Positions 25,578 to 38,692 of a stretch of 64,000 nt of DNA are shown here, one piece after another; within the stretch, counting starts at the first letter, position 1; each line of letters begins with the position of its first letter. The notes beneath the pieces were generated by a model. That model saw only the letters and a list, made by a program, of their open reading frames with translations. It was not told the DNA's origin and did not search any database. Where the stretch lies: assembly GCA_010356995.1 (NCBI GenBank), contig ML996688.1, forward strand, positions 1,772,579 to 1,836,578. The letters are read 5' to 3'. The translations under genes and the position numbers were made by a program. This stretch comes from Trichodelitschia bisporula (taxonomy: Eukaryota).

Positions 25578-26692
25578 CCACGCACGGCATTCCTCCGCCA
25601 GGATAGAACTGTTGCCGTACACATTCGGCTGTTCGGCCACCTGTGGCCAGCGACATCTCCATCTCCGACTCCGGCTCCGTCGCCACGCGCCAGACTGGAA
25701 TGGGGTATGTCTGAGGGTGTGAGCTACGGTTCGCACCGCGGGGGACGCGTATACATAGGCTTTGTTCCAATGCCGGTGGTTGAAGCATTTAGTCCAAGTG
25801 CCGTTCTCTCCCATCTCCCACTTCAGCACACCACCCACAACCCCAGAACACCGTAAGCCACCCTTCCACCGCCTTCATGCGAATCACCCCCTCACACCCA
25901 AGCAGGGCCAGGTTTCAGCCCTGGCCTATCGCTACCCTCACCCACCCCCCACCCGTCCGACAGCCATGGCCACACACCGCCAGCTCCAGCGGCACTACCC
26001 CCCCAACACTCCCTCCCCCACCCCGCGCCCTCCCCCACAGGGTCCGCTGCCGTGGGACAGTGAGGATTTTATCGCCTGGTGAATGAAGGGCTGGAGAGGT
26101 GCACATCGACCAATATGGCGCAACGTGGGGATGAAGGTGATGATTGGCCGGCAGTTGACAAAGGAGTTGGATATGTGCAATCAAGCGGAACGGCGTTGGG
26201 ATATAGTTGAAGGGCGGATAGGGAGTTAGGATGGGATAGGATCGAGACCTGAGGGTTTCGATGTCGTCCATTTGGAGTAGTTGGTCTGACAATGTCTGCA
26301 ATATCAGTCTGCATTCATTCATGTCTGTCGTAACCTACTGTACCACCACCCACCGGCCCTCCCCCTCAAGCCCCACACATACACAATGTCCCTTGGCACA
26401 AGGCACCCGACACATAAAGCCGACCAAGGACCACCACGCAACACACAGGCAGCCCGCTCCCGCGCACCGCACTCGCAACGAGATGCTAGAACTAAAGACC
26501 ACACCCACTCCACAGCCAGCAACACCCCACTGCGATCACGCACAACACACGCAAAGCAGGACCAGGAACCACACACTCAAAAAAGCGAACAGTCTTGCAC
26601 CTCACAATATCCCTGCGCCCGTAGGCCTAAACGAATAATGCCCCACCTCAAAACGCCCTATACACAGTGCCCTAATCCCAATAGCACTAGAA

Positions 26693-29600
26693 CTACTCCC
26701 TCTCCCCACCCATCCCACTCCCCTCCCCATTTCCTTCCCGCGCCACCGCCGCAGCCCTCTCCCCCGCCTTCCTAGCCCTCTCCCTCAACAACCCCCCCTC
26801 CCCACTCCTCTCACACATCCCCCTAAACACCCCATCCTCCACCTTCAACAACTCCCACGGAGCACCCCACTCCACCACCCCCCCCGCCTCCAAGACCACA
26901 ACGCGATCATAATCCACAATAGTCCCCAAGCGATGCGCAACCGTCAACGTCGTCGTCCCCCCCAAACCTCCATCTGCCTCCCTAAGCGCATTCTGGATCT
27001 TGCTATCCGTGGCCCGGTCGATGGAGGCTGTGGCTTCGTCCATGAGGAGGACGCGGGGCTGTTTGAGGAGTGCGCGAGCGAGGCAGAGGAGTTGGCGTTG
27101 CCCTTGGGAGAGATTGAGCCCGGATTCAGAGACCGCGGTTTGCAAAGACAAGAATGGGTTTTTGTTCTCGCCTTGCGTGGTGCCGGGCGTGGCGGTGCCG
27201 GTGCCGGCGTGTACGGCCTCGCCTTCGTCTTCCGCCTCCACAGCGGCCGGGGAACTAAGCGGCGAGTCCTGGATCGTGATCAGCGGGACGGTGGACGCAG
27301 CAGGCGTAGTCGGGCGCGTGGTCGCTGGGGTATTCGTTTCGCCGATGAGGTGCACGCGGCGCAACGCGTCGAAGATCTGCTCGTCGGTGAAGGCGTCGAA
27401 TGGATCCAGATTGGACCGAATAGTTCCCGTGAACAGCGTCGGATCTGAAGGCATCAGCACAATCCAACCCTCGAAGCGCGGAACTCACCCTGCGGTACCA
27501 TGACAATCGCCTCGCGCAGATCCCTGAGGCCGACAGTCGAAATATCCACCCCATCAATGAGTATCCTCCCCTCATCCGCCTCGAGCGCACGGAAAAGCGC
27601 AAGCGCAAGGGAACTCTTCCCCGCGCCCGTCCGCCCCACAATCCCCACCTTCTCCCCCGGCTTAACACTAAAGGACACCCCCTTAAGCACCCTCTCCAAA
27701 TCCGGCCGATACCTCGCCGAATAATTCTCAAACACAACCTCACCAGCCGGTGGCCAACCCATCGGCGGTCGATGCCCCTCCGGCACCTCAGCCGGCGCCT
27801 CCTGCTCCACATCCAGATACTCCTTAATCCTCTCCACGCTGTTCATATTCTGCTCATTACTCGCATAGCACCGCACAAACCAGAGCACATTCTCCGTAAA
27901 CGTAACCGCGTACGTGAGCGCCAGACCCGCAGCACCGGGATCGATCCTCCCCGTATTCAGCACCACGAACGCGCCGGCGAAGAAACCGACCAGTGCGCCC
28001 ACGACATCGACGCGGAAGGCGAGCCACCTGTTCGCGGCCCAGAGGAAGATGAATGGTCTGTTGTGGGCGTTGATTTTGTTTAGGTTTTCGCGGATGAAGC
28101 GGCGCTGGTCGCCGTAGGCGCGGATGGTGGTCATGCCGCTGAGCGTTTCGCCGAATTGCTGGTAAAGCGGGGAGCGCTGCACGGACTCGAGGCGCTTGAG
28201 GTCGCGGGAGGAGTTGATGTAAAACGCGCCGATGAGGTAGTACAGCACCGAGATGCCGACGCCAGCGATCAGGAAACCGGGCGTGATGACACTGATCAGG
28301 ATGACGATGGTGACGATGCTCGCCATGCAGTGCACGACGCCCAGCGCAATCGGCGCAACTTCCTGATCAATCGCCTCCACGTCCTTGGAGAACCGATTCA
28401 TAATCTGTCCCAGCGGTGTCTGGTCGAAAAAGCGGAACCGCGCCCGCATCACCGATTCCATAAGCCGCTGGTGTATGCGCCGTGACGCAGCGAGCGACCC
28501 ACCGAACACAATCACCTCGCGCAAGCCAGTGATGATGATAAACCCGATGCCGAGCAGCGCGTACACACCGAGGTAGTAATCGTTATCCACAGCCGGATGC
28601 GCGCCAAACACGCCCATCGGCGCAACATTCAGCGTAAACGCCGGATTCGGACTCTCGCGCTTCAACGGCACAGGCAGATTACACGTCCCAGGCGGGAGCC
28701 TCGCGCCCTGCCCGGCAAAATACGCCGCGTGAGTCAAGCCCGATGACTCCACGTCCGGCGCATACGCATTTGCCCACTCGCGGATCCACACATTCGTCGC
28801 CACGGACGAGGCCTGCTGCAGAACGAACGTCGACATAGCCGCGAGCCAGAACCACCACGGGCCCATAGCGCGCAAGTACAGCACGATAATGCCCATCTTG
28901 ACACTCCCATAGGCGCGCGTTTCCGCTTGCTGCTGCACCAAAGCCGCAGACACGGCATCCGCCTTAGCCGTGCCATTCGTAGCACCGTTCACCGTCCCGT
29001 TGCCATTGCCATTTGCCCTGCCGTTCGTTTCTTCGACCGGTAGCTTCGCCTGCGAGGCCACGCGCGACGGCGCACCGCTCTTGGTGTCGACTTCCTCGCC
29101 GAGGAGCCCCGTGTCGGCGACGGAGTCCGGATCGCCCTGGGCGACGACGCGGCCGTTGTCCATTACGACGGCGAAATCGGCCCTGGGCAGCGCGAGGGAC
29201 ACGTTGTGCGTGACCATGATGCAGGTGCGGCCGCGCATTAGCGCGTTGCCCATAATCGCATGATCGAAAATCCACTCCGCAGTATGGGTATCCACGGCCG
29301 AGAGCACATCGTCAAGCAGCACGTAGCGCGCCCGCGAATACAGCGCACGCGCCAACGAGATGCGCTGCTTCTGGCCGCCCGAAAGCGTGACGCCCTTCTC
29401 GCCAACAAGCGTCTCGTCGCCCGCATCCAGAATCTCCAGGTCTCGCTCCAAACTGCAAGCCTTGACCACGTCGGCATACCGCTTCGCATCCCACGGTGTT
29501 GCAAAAGTGATATTGTTCTTGATGTTGTCATTGACCAGCCACGCCTGTTGCGCGCAGTACGCGACCGAATCCGACAGGCCATCGGCGTCAGGACGCACAT

Positions 29601-31954
29601 CCTCGCGGCTGCGGCGGCCACCAGGCAAATACACGCTGCCCTTGATGAGTGTCATCTCGCCGAGCAGCGCGAGCAGAAGCGAGGTCTTGCCCGCGCCCGT
29701 CGGGCCGACAACAACATTCAGGCCACCGGGCTTGAACTTGACGTTCATATCCCACAACCGGAACGCTTCGTCCTCGACCGGAGTCGATGCACCGTGTACA
29801 AGCTCCGTGTTCGCGCCCCACGAAAAAGTCGCGCGCTCAAAGCCGATATTCGGATTTCCATCCGCATCAACCGCGTCATCCTTCAGCTGCTCGTATTTCT
29901 CCGTCTCCGGCTCAGCGAGGAACTCCTCGATGCGGTCCACGGACACCTTAGACTCCTGCACATGAGCAATCATATCAGCAAGCTGGTCGAGCGGGATGCG
30001 CAGGATCTGGAAGAGCGAGAGAGCGGTAAACGCGATACTCGGGATAAGCTCGCGGTGTTCAACCTTGGTGAAGACTAGGAACGAGAAAAAGGTAATCAAA
30101 ACCGGCACACCGGACCACAGCATAGCAGCCATGGACCACATAGCGTACTTCCAGCGCAGAAGCTTGAGTTCCAGGCTGCGCGTTTGGTTGACGTTGTCCA
30201 TGAAGCGCGGCTCCCAGGCAAAAAACTTGATGATGCGAATGTTGCTAAGCACTTCGTTGGTCTTGTGGATGCGCACGTCGGTCGCCGCCAGGATCTTCTT
30301 CTGAATGCGCGCAAACTCGCGCGAGATGAGCAGATTCACCGGTAGCAGGATAATCATCATGCTAATACCGACGATGGAGCTGTAGCCGAGGATGCGATAC
30401 AGCAAGGTAATGGCCACAACAGCCTGCACCGGCGCACTCGCCCACAGGAAATGGAGGTAGGCGCAGATCTCGCTGACTTTGAACGAGTCGACAGCCATCA
30501 GATTGATGATGGTTCCAGACGTGACCTGCTCGTTGCCAGTCGGCGCCGCAGCTACCGGCTTCGCCTTCTCCTTCTTGCGGCCGAGTGACAGGAGCTTCTT
30601 GAGTAGACCCTTATCATCTCCTTCCGCCTTCTTTCCCTGTTCACCCAGTACCTTGTCGCCCTGGGCAGACACACGCCGCTTCAGCGCCTTGGCGTAGATT
30701 TCACCGATAATGACAGCGCGAATGCGGATGCACACCTTGCGCCCGATCCACAGTGCCTGGCCGTCCGCAAGAGCCGCCGCGCAACCAGACACGAAAAGCA
30801 GGACAACATAGAACCAAGCGGCATTCCGCGGCGTCTCCTCCGGCTTCTCGACATACTCGAGAATGGCCTTGAGGAGAAGGGTCGGCGCAAAGGTGAGGAA
30901 CCCGGAGAAAGCGGCCCACAGCGACTGAATGATGAGACTACGCTTGAAATACTTGAGCAGGTGCCATGCAAGGACAGACGTCTTCTTGAGCTGACGGTAG
31001 TCGGCGAGCAGCGCACCAGCCTTGTCGCGCGGCGGTAGGTTCCAGACATCGGCCATTTCAAACGCCTTCCTATACCCCTGCCAAACGATGGCATCAACCC
31101 AACCAAACGTCGCCAGAGAGAAAACGCTCGCCGTCTGCTCCTCACTAGGCTTAAGATCGCCCTCGTACTCGAGACGGACGGCCTTGTTGCCCTTGCGGCT
31201 GGTGAGCGCAATCGCCGCCAGCAAACTGGTCAAGGAAAAGTCGACAATGCACAGAGTCTGCGCCTGTCCGGAGCGCGGATGGACGAGCGCGGAGCGGAAT
31301 GTGAGTCCGCTGATGAGCCACAACGCACAGTACAGGAAAGCCGTGTGGTACCAGAGACGATAGAAAGACCAGTGCAGCGCACGGGTCGAAAAGAGAAGGC
31401 GACCAGATGCAAGGGCCGCAATATACGCCCAGACGGCAAGCATAGAAATAGCCGCAACGCGTCCGCGGTGGCCCCAGGCATTGCTCAAGAAGATGACGGC
31501 GTGTACGCCCAGCTGTGTGAGCACGGCGATCTCCTCGACGACGACGAGCAGCGTCTCGAAGCGGGGCCGGCTAGTGTCGATGACGGAATCGTGGGTCGCG
31601 ACGCGATGTAGAGTGACTTCCTCGTCGCGCGCGGACTCGTCCAAGGTATCGTCCACGTCGTCCTCGTCATTGGCCGTGGCAATGTAGGGCGTGGCATTGT
31701 CCCAGGCGTGCGAGTGGAGGGGCTTGTAGCCGGCGTGGTGGTGGGAGCGGATGGAAGTGATGATCTGAACAGTGAGATAGACGAGCGATATGGAAGCGAC
31801 GAGAAGCGGAAGAAGGGTTAGTAAGTAGCTGTAGTGGTGGTAATGTTAGCCATCATCGATAAGGCGAGAAGAGTAACAGCCGGACTCACTCAAGTTGGAA
31901 GCAACGCGTGAAGTCATCGAGGCGCCAGAGCGGCGACCGGCAGTGGGCAAACAT
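26693..31954 (-). CDS. ABCC/MRP-family ABC transporter, YBT1/BAT1-like (probably vacuolar)
   Basis: Two TMD-NBD halves: GPTGAGKT/LSGGQKQR and GRTGAGKS/LSQGQRQ/DEATAS. N-terminal exon MFAHCRSPLWRLDDFTRCFQ. Introns ~31830-31888 and ~27446-27489. Confidence 0.93.
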
Positions 31955-33891
31955 GCTCGAATGGGCTATCGAGAAAGAGGAGGCATTGAGCATGCTCCAG
32001 CGGTGATGGTGGGAAGGAGAGGAGTTGGGGGGAAGATTGTGTGTTGATTTACAGTAGGAAACGGGGGGGAGGGAGAGGGCGATGCAAGAAGCTTGAAAAT
32101 GGATCTTCTGGGTTGAGGCGTCAAACAGGCATCCCGACCGCATTCGCCTCAGGCATATGTGCGGGGCCAAGCTCACAAGCTTCGCGAGCTACTGCAAGTC
32201 CTTCTGCAAGACCATCTGCACCTCAAGTCCTAGCACGATACTTTGAATTCGGCTGCCTCTTTCAACCCCACCTCTTCTTCATCCGGATCGCGGCCTACTG
32301 CTCTAGCCCTATCCTTAGCCAGGTCCCCGCAAGGTCTCCATCCTTTGTCGTTTGCCGGGTGGCCTCGGTAGTATCCCACGCATCTGCAGATGGACTTCAT
32401 GTACACTATCTGTCGTCAATGCAGGGGAGGGTGGATAAACAGTCAGATACACTTCACATGGGACATGGATGAGGGTCGTTATGCATCTGCGCAACGGGCA
32501 ATTTATCCCGTCGTACACACAGCGGGGCACGATAATGCCCATATCCCCTCCATTCACCGCCCCGCTCTCAATTCTCACCACCATCTCCATCAAGCGGTAA
32601 CATCGCACGCTCACCGTCGCCACTGGCAATTCTCTCATCATCATAACCATCATAATCATCATCGTGAACAATGAAAAATCTTCTTCTCCTAGTAAAACTC
32701 CCACCAGATCTCCCCCCCCTCCATCTCAATTCCGACACCGCACTCCCTTCTCAGACGCACAATCCCGGCTCCAACCCCGGCAGCGGCAAGGATTCAGCCG
32801 CGGGACGCAGAGCCGACCTGCACCGAGCGGGAACGGGCGGCCTGATAGGACACGGGCTCGGGGCTCGGAGTACAGTCCAGTACGAAGCGCGCGGATGGAA
32901 ACTGATATTCCGGCTATCACGAAGGAAAGTGCGCACGATTTTCTCTGCGCAATCCCTTATTAGCCACATCCCTTCCGTCTAAACACATTTGTCAACCGAC
33001 CCGGTGTCACAGACCGAGTACAATGCCGAAGCCTTCTCCCCGCCGTCACACACCGCCATCGCACCAATCCCCGCACCTCCATTTCCGCTGACAGACAACA
33101 GGCATGACGTCTCCGCTACAAAACCGTCATGGCCTCTGCTCGTGCGCATTGGCCTTGATATGCGGTGTTAGCTCCGGGCTGATCGTGATTCCCGCTCCAC
33201 CAAGTGCCATCCTCAACGTCTATTTGAATTTCGAAGGTGCCATCGTCGAGTCCTCTCCCCTTCACCCCCCTTCACCCCTTCACTCACCCCCTCCCCAAAA
33301 ACCCCAGCACGCTCGTATCCCCAAATCACGCGCCCACGCGCAAGGAGAGCGGAGTCATACCTCGTATTCTCAATTCAACGTATCGTACATCACTGCCCAA
33401 ACCGATATTCCACCATATGCTCAACACCGCAATGCGAATGTGGTGCTTGCTCCAACCTCTTCGCTCATGATTCTCATCGCGAGGAAAGCATTTCAAGTCC
33501 CCCATTTTGGACTCGGCATAATCCTCGACCCAGTCGACTTGTGTCCCGAGTACAGTGCCGCCCGGTGCTACGTCTCCGGGCCGGTATCGTGGCACGGAGT
33601 CGTGTGCGAGGGGTGATGGGGGGGTGTGATTGTGCCACTGAACCTTGTAACCACCGAGGTCTGGCAGTCGACACTGATTTACTTGTGATGTGGTCAAATA
33701 TGCATAAAAGACTCGACATCACTCTTCGAAGCCCTTCGTCCCACAGCAGACAGATGGCGTCGCTGTAGGGCTGAGACCAACAAGTCACAAGTCACGAGAT
33801 CCATTTCCATATCTGGAAGGCAGCGCAATATGTCGTAGGACGCTCAATTCAACATCAACTCCTCTTCTAATATTCAACCCCAACTCCCTCC

Positions 33892-35136
33892 TCAACCCAT
33901 CACCAACCCCCCCCCCTCCCTCTCCCCATCCCCAAATCCTGCCTCAACAACCCCCCAAAATTCCTTCGCAGGCACCCCCCTCTCCCCCAACACCCACTCC
34001 AACGTCCCCCCAAACGTCTGCCCATTATTCTCAAACCACTCCCCCAAACCCCTAACAAAGCCTTCCACCATCGCCCGTCTCGGCGCATGTTCCTTAAGCC
34101 ACATAATCTGCCCCGGATCAAGCTTAAGCATATCCTCAACCACATAGTAGTGTCCCACCTCATCCCCCCACCCCTCGCCCCCAGGATCACTCTCCCCACT
34201 CAGCGCATACTTCGCCGCTCTCGCCCTCCTCACCGCCGAAGAATGGAAATAATGACTCGCAAAGAACCCCTCCCTCTCATCCGTGACCCCCCTCTGCCCA
34301 AACCCATCTGCGGGAAACCCCGCGCCCGGCCCCGCAGGAGCCGGGTAATTCAGATGGATATTGAACCCAAACAGCACGCTCCGCGCGCCCTCATCCCCCC
34401 ATCTTCTCCGGACTTTCCGCGCCACCGCCCCGTTCGACGGACACACATTCCCCTGCACCACCTCGCGCACCACGCCCTGCACATCCGCCATATCCGCCAA
34501 CTCCGCCGTGCTGTAATTATGAAGCAGTCTCGCCCTCGCCGCAACCGCCTCCGGCGCCATACGGCGCTCGCGCGGCGTGGACCGGGTGTGGAACGCGCGT
34601 GTGTACAACCAGAGCCGATAAACAGCAGCACGAACTCTCCGGCGCTCCTCAGGCGTCAACAGCCTCCTGGACGCAGGATTCAATTTCCATTTCTTGAACG
34701 GGTAGAGCGTAGCCCACTTCTCGGCCACCGTACCCGTGGCCGCGATTTGGGCCAGGAGAGCGAGGGAAAAGGGCGTTGCGCGCGGAACGTGCGGCGGCTG
34801 CGACGCGTTATGTGTGAGGAGCTGGGTGAGGTCGGGGAGCGGGCCGTATTGGGCCTCGGCGGCGCGCTCGAGGATGGCGAGTTTGCGGGAGGAGAAGATT
34901 GCGGAGAGGCGGTGGCAGGTGCGGGCTAGGGCGAGGCAGGAGGGGAGGGTGGGGAGGGAGAGGTAGATTTGGGTTATGATTTCGGTGGGGAGGAGGTCCA
35001 GAGGTGGCGAGGAGGTTGGGGTAGCAGTGGGGGTGAGTGAGGAGGCGGGGAGTTCGGTGGATTCGATGATGTGAGTGAGGTCTTTTGACTCGATGTCCGA
35101 GAGGGAGAGGGAGCGGAGATCATTTTCCCAGGCCAT
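33892..35136 (-). CDS. F-box domain-containing protein
   Basis: LDLLPTEIITQIYLSLPTLPSCLALARTCHRL fits an F-box pattern. Intact 414-aa ORF. Confidence 0.8.
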   Translation of the reverse strand: MAWENDLRSLSLSDIESKDLTHIIESTELPASSLTPTATPTSSPPLDLLPTEIITQIYLSLPTLPSCLALARTCHRLSAIFSSRKLAILERAAEAQYGPLPDLTQLLTHNASQPPHVPRATPFSLALLAQIAATGTVAEKWATLYPFKKWKLNPASRRLLTPEERRRVRAAVYRLWLYTRAFHTRSTPRERRMAPEAVAARARLLHNYSTAELADMADVQGVVREVVQGNVCPSNGAVARKVRRRWGDEGARSVLFGFNIHLNYPAPAGPGAGFPADGFGQRGVTDEREGFFASHYFHSSAVRRARAAKYALSGESDPGGEGWGDEVGHYYVVEDMLKLDPGQIMWLKEHAPRRAMVEGFVRGLGEWFENNGQTFGGTLEWVLGERGVPAKEFWGVVEAGFGDGEREGGGLVMG

Positions 35137-35975
35137 TTTGTCGTGGATCTAGAGAATGAACGCTACACTTGCTCGTTCAGGTGAGCAAGTAGTAGCGCGT
35201 GCGAACTTGGAAACTCAAACAACGAACACCCCGACGTTGGGGCTATATAAAGAGGAGGGATTCGAGCTCGTAAAGGGACCATTGGTCTGGCCGCGTAGGC
35301 CGGGTCCTCGCAAACGTATCATGGTTGCTGTGGCTAACAAGAGAGGAAAGGGAGGAGGTGACGAGATGAGCCAGGAAATGGTGTTGCTGGCTCCAGGATC
35401 CCGGACGCTTGGCGACGCGGCAGAGAGTTTCGCCGTGCCGTGACATCTTACTTCTTTGGCTTTGGTGGCATGCGGACGCAAGGAGTTTATGCGTTCTGGA
35501 GATGTTTTGGGGAAAGCTCTCTGCGGGTGCGAGATTAGGATGCTTGGATGCGTCATTGAAAAGATTGTGATAGAGGACCATCATTACCTCTAGCTATCAC
35601 TTACGGACTCCACATCTGAATTCCGCTACCCGTACTCCGTACATATGAACCACGACCACCAGCGACATACAAACGTCTCAACCACCCTCTCAAACGACAG
35701 AGCCTAGGAATAAACGCCCACTGAGCCGCAAGCTATCTCCTGCTTATCGGAGCACACGCGCGCGTACCGTATCGCCAATCCCTCACCGCCAACTGTCGTA
35801 TCGTCACCCCCGGTCATCCCGCTAAGCCGCGCCGGCCCGAATCCCGCTTCCCGCCCGCCTTGGCGCCCCGACATCCACTCCGCACGCTCAGCCTTTCCAG
35901 TTCCACGACATCTCATCACACAAGCAATCGGAAACTCCCTCGAAGTCCACAGCTTCAATATCGTCCTCTCAAAAA

Positions 35976-36809
35976 ATGCCCCACCACGCCGAACCCGACC
36001 CCGACTCCGATCCCCCGCGCCTCCCACCTCTCCTCCGCCTCCCCCTCGGTACGCAGCCTCGCGCTCCCCAAGGTCAAACTAACCACCCAGAACTCCGCCC
36101 CAAAATCTACGCACACCTGCTGCCGCACACTCTCCCTTGCGACAACAATCTATCAACTTTCAGCCTCCTCTCCACCTCGCACAGCCTCCTCCCCACCTCG
36201 CACAGCCTCCTCACCACCTGGCACCCCGGCCACATCGGCCTCCTCTCCACCTCGCAACAACTCTCCCTCGAAACCCTCACGCACCTCTACTCCCACTCCA
36301 CCTTCGAAATAGACCTCACCTTCAGCAGCACCGCATTCCGCCTCGCAATTAACTTCTCCTCCGGCTTCAGTTCATTCTTGTACCTCCCCTTTCCCTCTCG
36401 TTTCTCTCCTCGAGTACTGGCGCTAATGCGCCGCTTCTTCATCACACTTTGGCATCCAGACTACTACAAGGGGATGGTGATGTACAACTGCGACGGGGAA
36501 GGTGTGACGGCGGTCGTACGAGCGCAGGTGAGCGCCCTCATCGACGTCCTGCGGGTGTGCAACCATGATCTAATCCTCGTGCACATGTGGGTGATATACG
36601 GGCCGGGGGACAGATGCAGCAGCACTATAGCACCACATACGCAATCCGTTCTCAAGCCCTTCCAGCTGCTTCGCGGGCTGCGGCGCGCACGGGTCGAAGG
36701 CAACGTCACGGCCGAGTATGCACGCAGTATCGAAGACGCTATGACGAAGACTAAGGACGGAAACGCCCTGTCGCCCTACTTAGAGAAGCCAGTCGGCGTG
36801 CAGGCGTAG
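35976..36809 (+). CDS. Uncharacterised fungal protein with an F-box-like N-terminal motif
   Basis: Removing the in-frame intron 36049-36090 gives PLLRLPLELRPKIYAHLL, followed by LLSTSQQLSLETLTHLY. Short 21-bp internal repeats at ~36165-36260. Confidence 0.7.
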   Translation: MPHHAEPDPDSDPPRLPPLLRLPLGTQPRAPQGQTNHPELRPKIYAHLLPHTLPCDNNLSTFSLLSTSHSLLPTSHSLLTTWHPGHIGLLSTSQQLSLETLTHLYSHSTFEIDLTFSSTAFRLAINFSSGFSSFLYLPFPSRFSPRVLALMRRFFITLWHPDYYKGMVMYNCDGEGVTAVVRAQVSALIDVLRVCNHDLILVHMWVIYGPGDRCSSTIAPHTQSVLKPFQLLRGLRRARVEGNVTAEYARSIEDAMTKTKDGNALSPYLEKPVGVQA

Positions 36810-37290
36810 GTGTGCGCCTTCGTCGACGTCCTGCGCAGCTGCAGGCCATCGGCGTCATCAGCCCTCAACGGGCATTCACCTTCCGCACACCCATCGAAGG
36901 TGTTTAGGCCGGACTCTTCGGCAGCGTAAAGCGATTGACTGAGAAGAGCCGCGAGTGGCGCGAAGACTGGACCGGCGAGGGCATAATTGAGGAGCCCGGC
37001 TATTCACGCGCAAATCATGCCAGATCATTTCAAGAAAAGAACCGCCTCGCATATTGAAATCAGACTATCGATGAAAGACAGTAAGCCGGCCAGTTCCAAC
37101 AATTCCAGAACAATTTCAAAAGAATGGTACGTTCAGGCCGTCAATAAACCCAAAGATTTCACATGTGTTAGCCCACTGAAACATCATATCTCGAGTGGCC
37201 AATGAGCGAGCACGTCTGCGTGTCCTTAAATCATAACCAAATTCCTCATTTCCAAGCAATGGACCGCTCCGAAGACGCGGCAGACTCCTT

Positions 37291-38289
37291 TCAAGTGCCA
37301 GGTTCCGGTGGGTCAGTGGCGCTATCGGTGTCGTCGAGCTTGGAGGGTGCAAGTTGGGAAGTGTCCATGGCAAAGAGCATTTGTCCCCATTCCTCGTCAC
37401 CAACCTTGACAGATGGATCAACATTCTTGTCCATAAGCGTGTCGTACATCTCGGTCTCCTTGTACTCCTGCTGGAGTTCTTCCGGGCTGAGCGCGTCTGC
37501 GCTCGACGCATCTGCGCTCTGCGCGTCTGGGTTGCCGGGTTCCTGTGCCACCGTCGTTACGCCCGTGAAGGTGGTGGGCTTGGTGGGTGTCGCGGCGGTG
37601 ATGTAGTAGGCGCAGTGCCAGGCCAACTTTTTGCCCTTTGAGTCAGCCCCTGTCGCCAGACACCGGTACTGGTCATCCCGACGGATTTGGGCGATGGGCC
37701 CGTAAGCGGTTTTATTATCATACGAGGCGCAGAAACCGACGACACGATCGACCTTGATCTCCTTCTTAGTCATCGGGTCTATGATCGATGATGTAAGCGA
37801 CCCATCCGAGGCCGTGTCGGCGCCAGACATGATGCAGGCTCTGCAACATTTATCGCCCGCGGGAATGTCTGTGGACGAGCACGTAGTCCGAGGTCAGTCG
37901 CCTGATTGCCCCGGAAAAGAATCAAGGTCTCGAGACTTACCGAACATGAAACCTTCCCAGCGAAAAGCGGTGCCGGGAGTGGCGATATTGGGGTCCAGGT
38001 AGATCGTGTCTGGAGCCTCATAGAGATTGAAGGTGTTGATGTTGGCCACCGGGTAATGCCAGGCATACCGCTGCCGGATCGTTGACGGCAAGGTACCGTC
38101 GCTGTTCACACGCTGGACTCTCTGCACATTGGTGACATCGTGCTCGTCGACCAGATAGATGACGTTGAACGTCTTACCAATCACGACCGGAGGCGGTGGT
38201 GGGGGGGGGTTTTTAGGTGGGTCGACCGCGTGAGGATGACACTTCGGCTTCCACTGGGCTGGACACTGTCCGTCGCTGAGATGACGCAT
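37291..38289 (-). pseudogene. Cys-containing protein gene with a single in-frame TGA (pseudogene or readthrough)
   Basis: ORFs 37894..38475 and 37291..37830 are in the same frame. The intervening codons are open apart from TGA at 37894-37896 (…PGQSGD*PRTTCSSTDIPAGDKCCRACIM…). Confidence 0.6.
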
Positions 38290-38638
38290 CTTGGAAGTGG
38301 AGGTTGAGGGCCTAAATTCAGAAGAGTGTATGATTGTTCGACAGTAGATATTTGTATTGATCAGGAAGTCCTGTGAGAGGCTGCTGCAGAGGATTCCGAT
38401 ATCGTGTCTCGATGGGTGGAAAGGGCTCAATATATAATTTTCCCTTAGAAATTCAGGGTATGTCCGCCACAGCAAGTCCTCTCCAGACTTTTCTCCTCAT
38501 ATCTGCTTCCGGAGCACTCGTCGCACAACGAAGCCCAGAGTCCCTTTGGAGTTCTCCTCCTAGTTCAAGCATCATCCATTCTGCGGGGTAACTGGGTACG
38601 TAGATACCTACCGGCTGTACCGAGATAACAGTCAGATA

Positions 38639-38692
38639 TCTGACATGGATGTTCTGACATGGATGTTCTGACATGGATTGTTCTGACATGGA
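38639..38692. repeat. 14-bp tandem repeat (TCTGACATGGATGT) x ~4
   Basis: tctgacatggatgttctgacatggatgttctgacatggattgttctgacatgg. Confidence 0.9.

Noticed and set aside
25966..26230. Small + strand ORF with an internal TGA (MATHRQLQ...FIAW*MKGW...)
   Set aside because: Too short and without homology evidence to call a gene or pseudogene.
32390..33790. Short His-rich and Pro-rich ORFs between the ABC transporter and the F-box gene
   Set aside because: Could not assemble a consistent spliced gene model or find any motif.
37894..37896. Selenocysteine interpretation of the in-frame TGA
   Set aside because: Dikarya are not known to have Sec machinery, and no SECIS element was identified.
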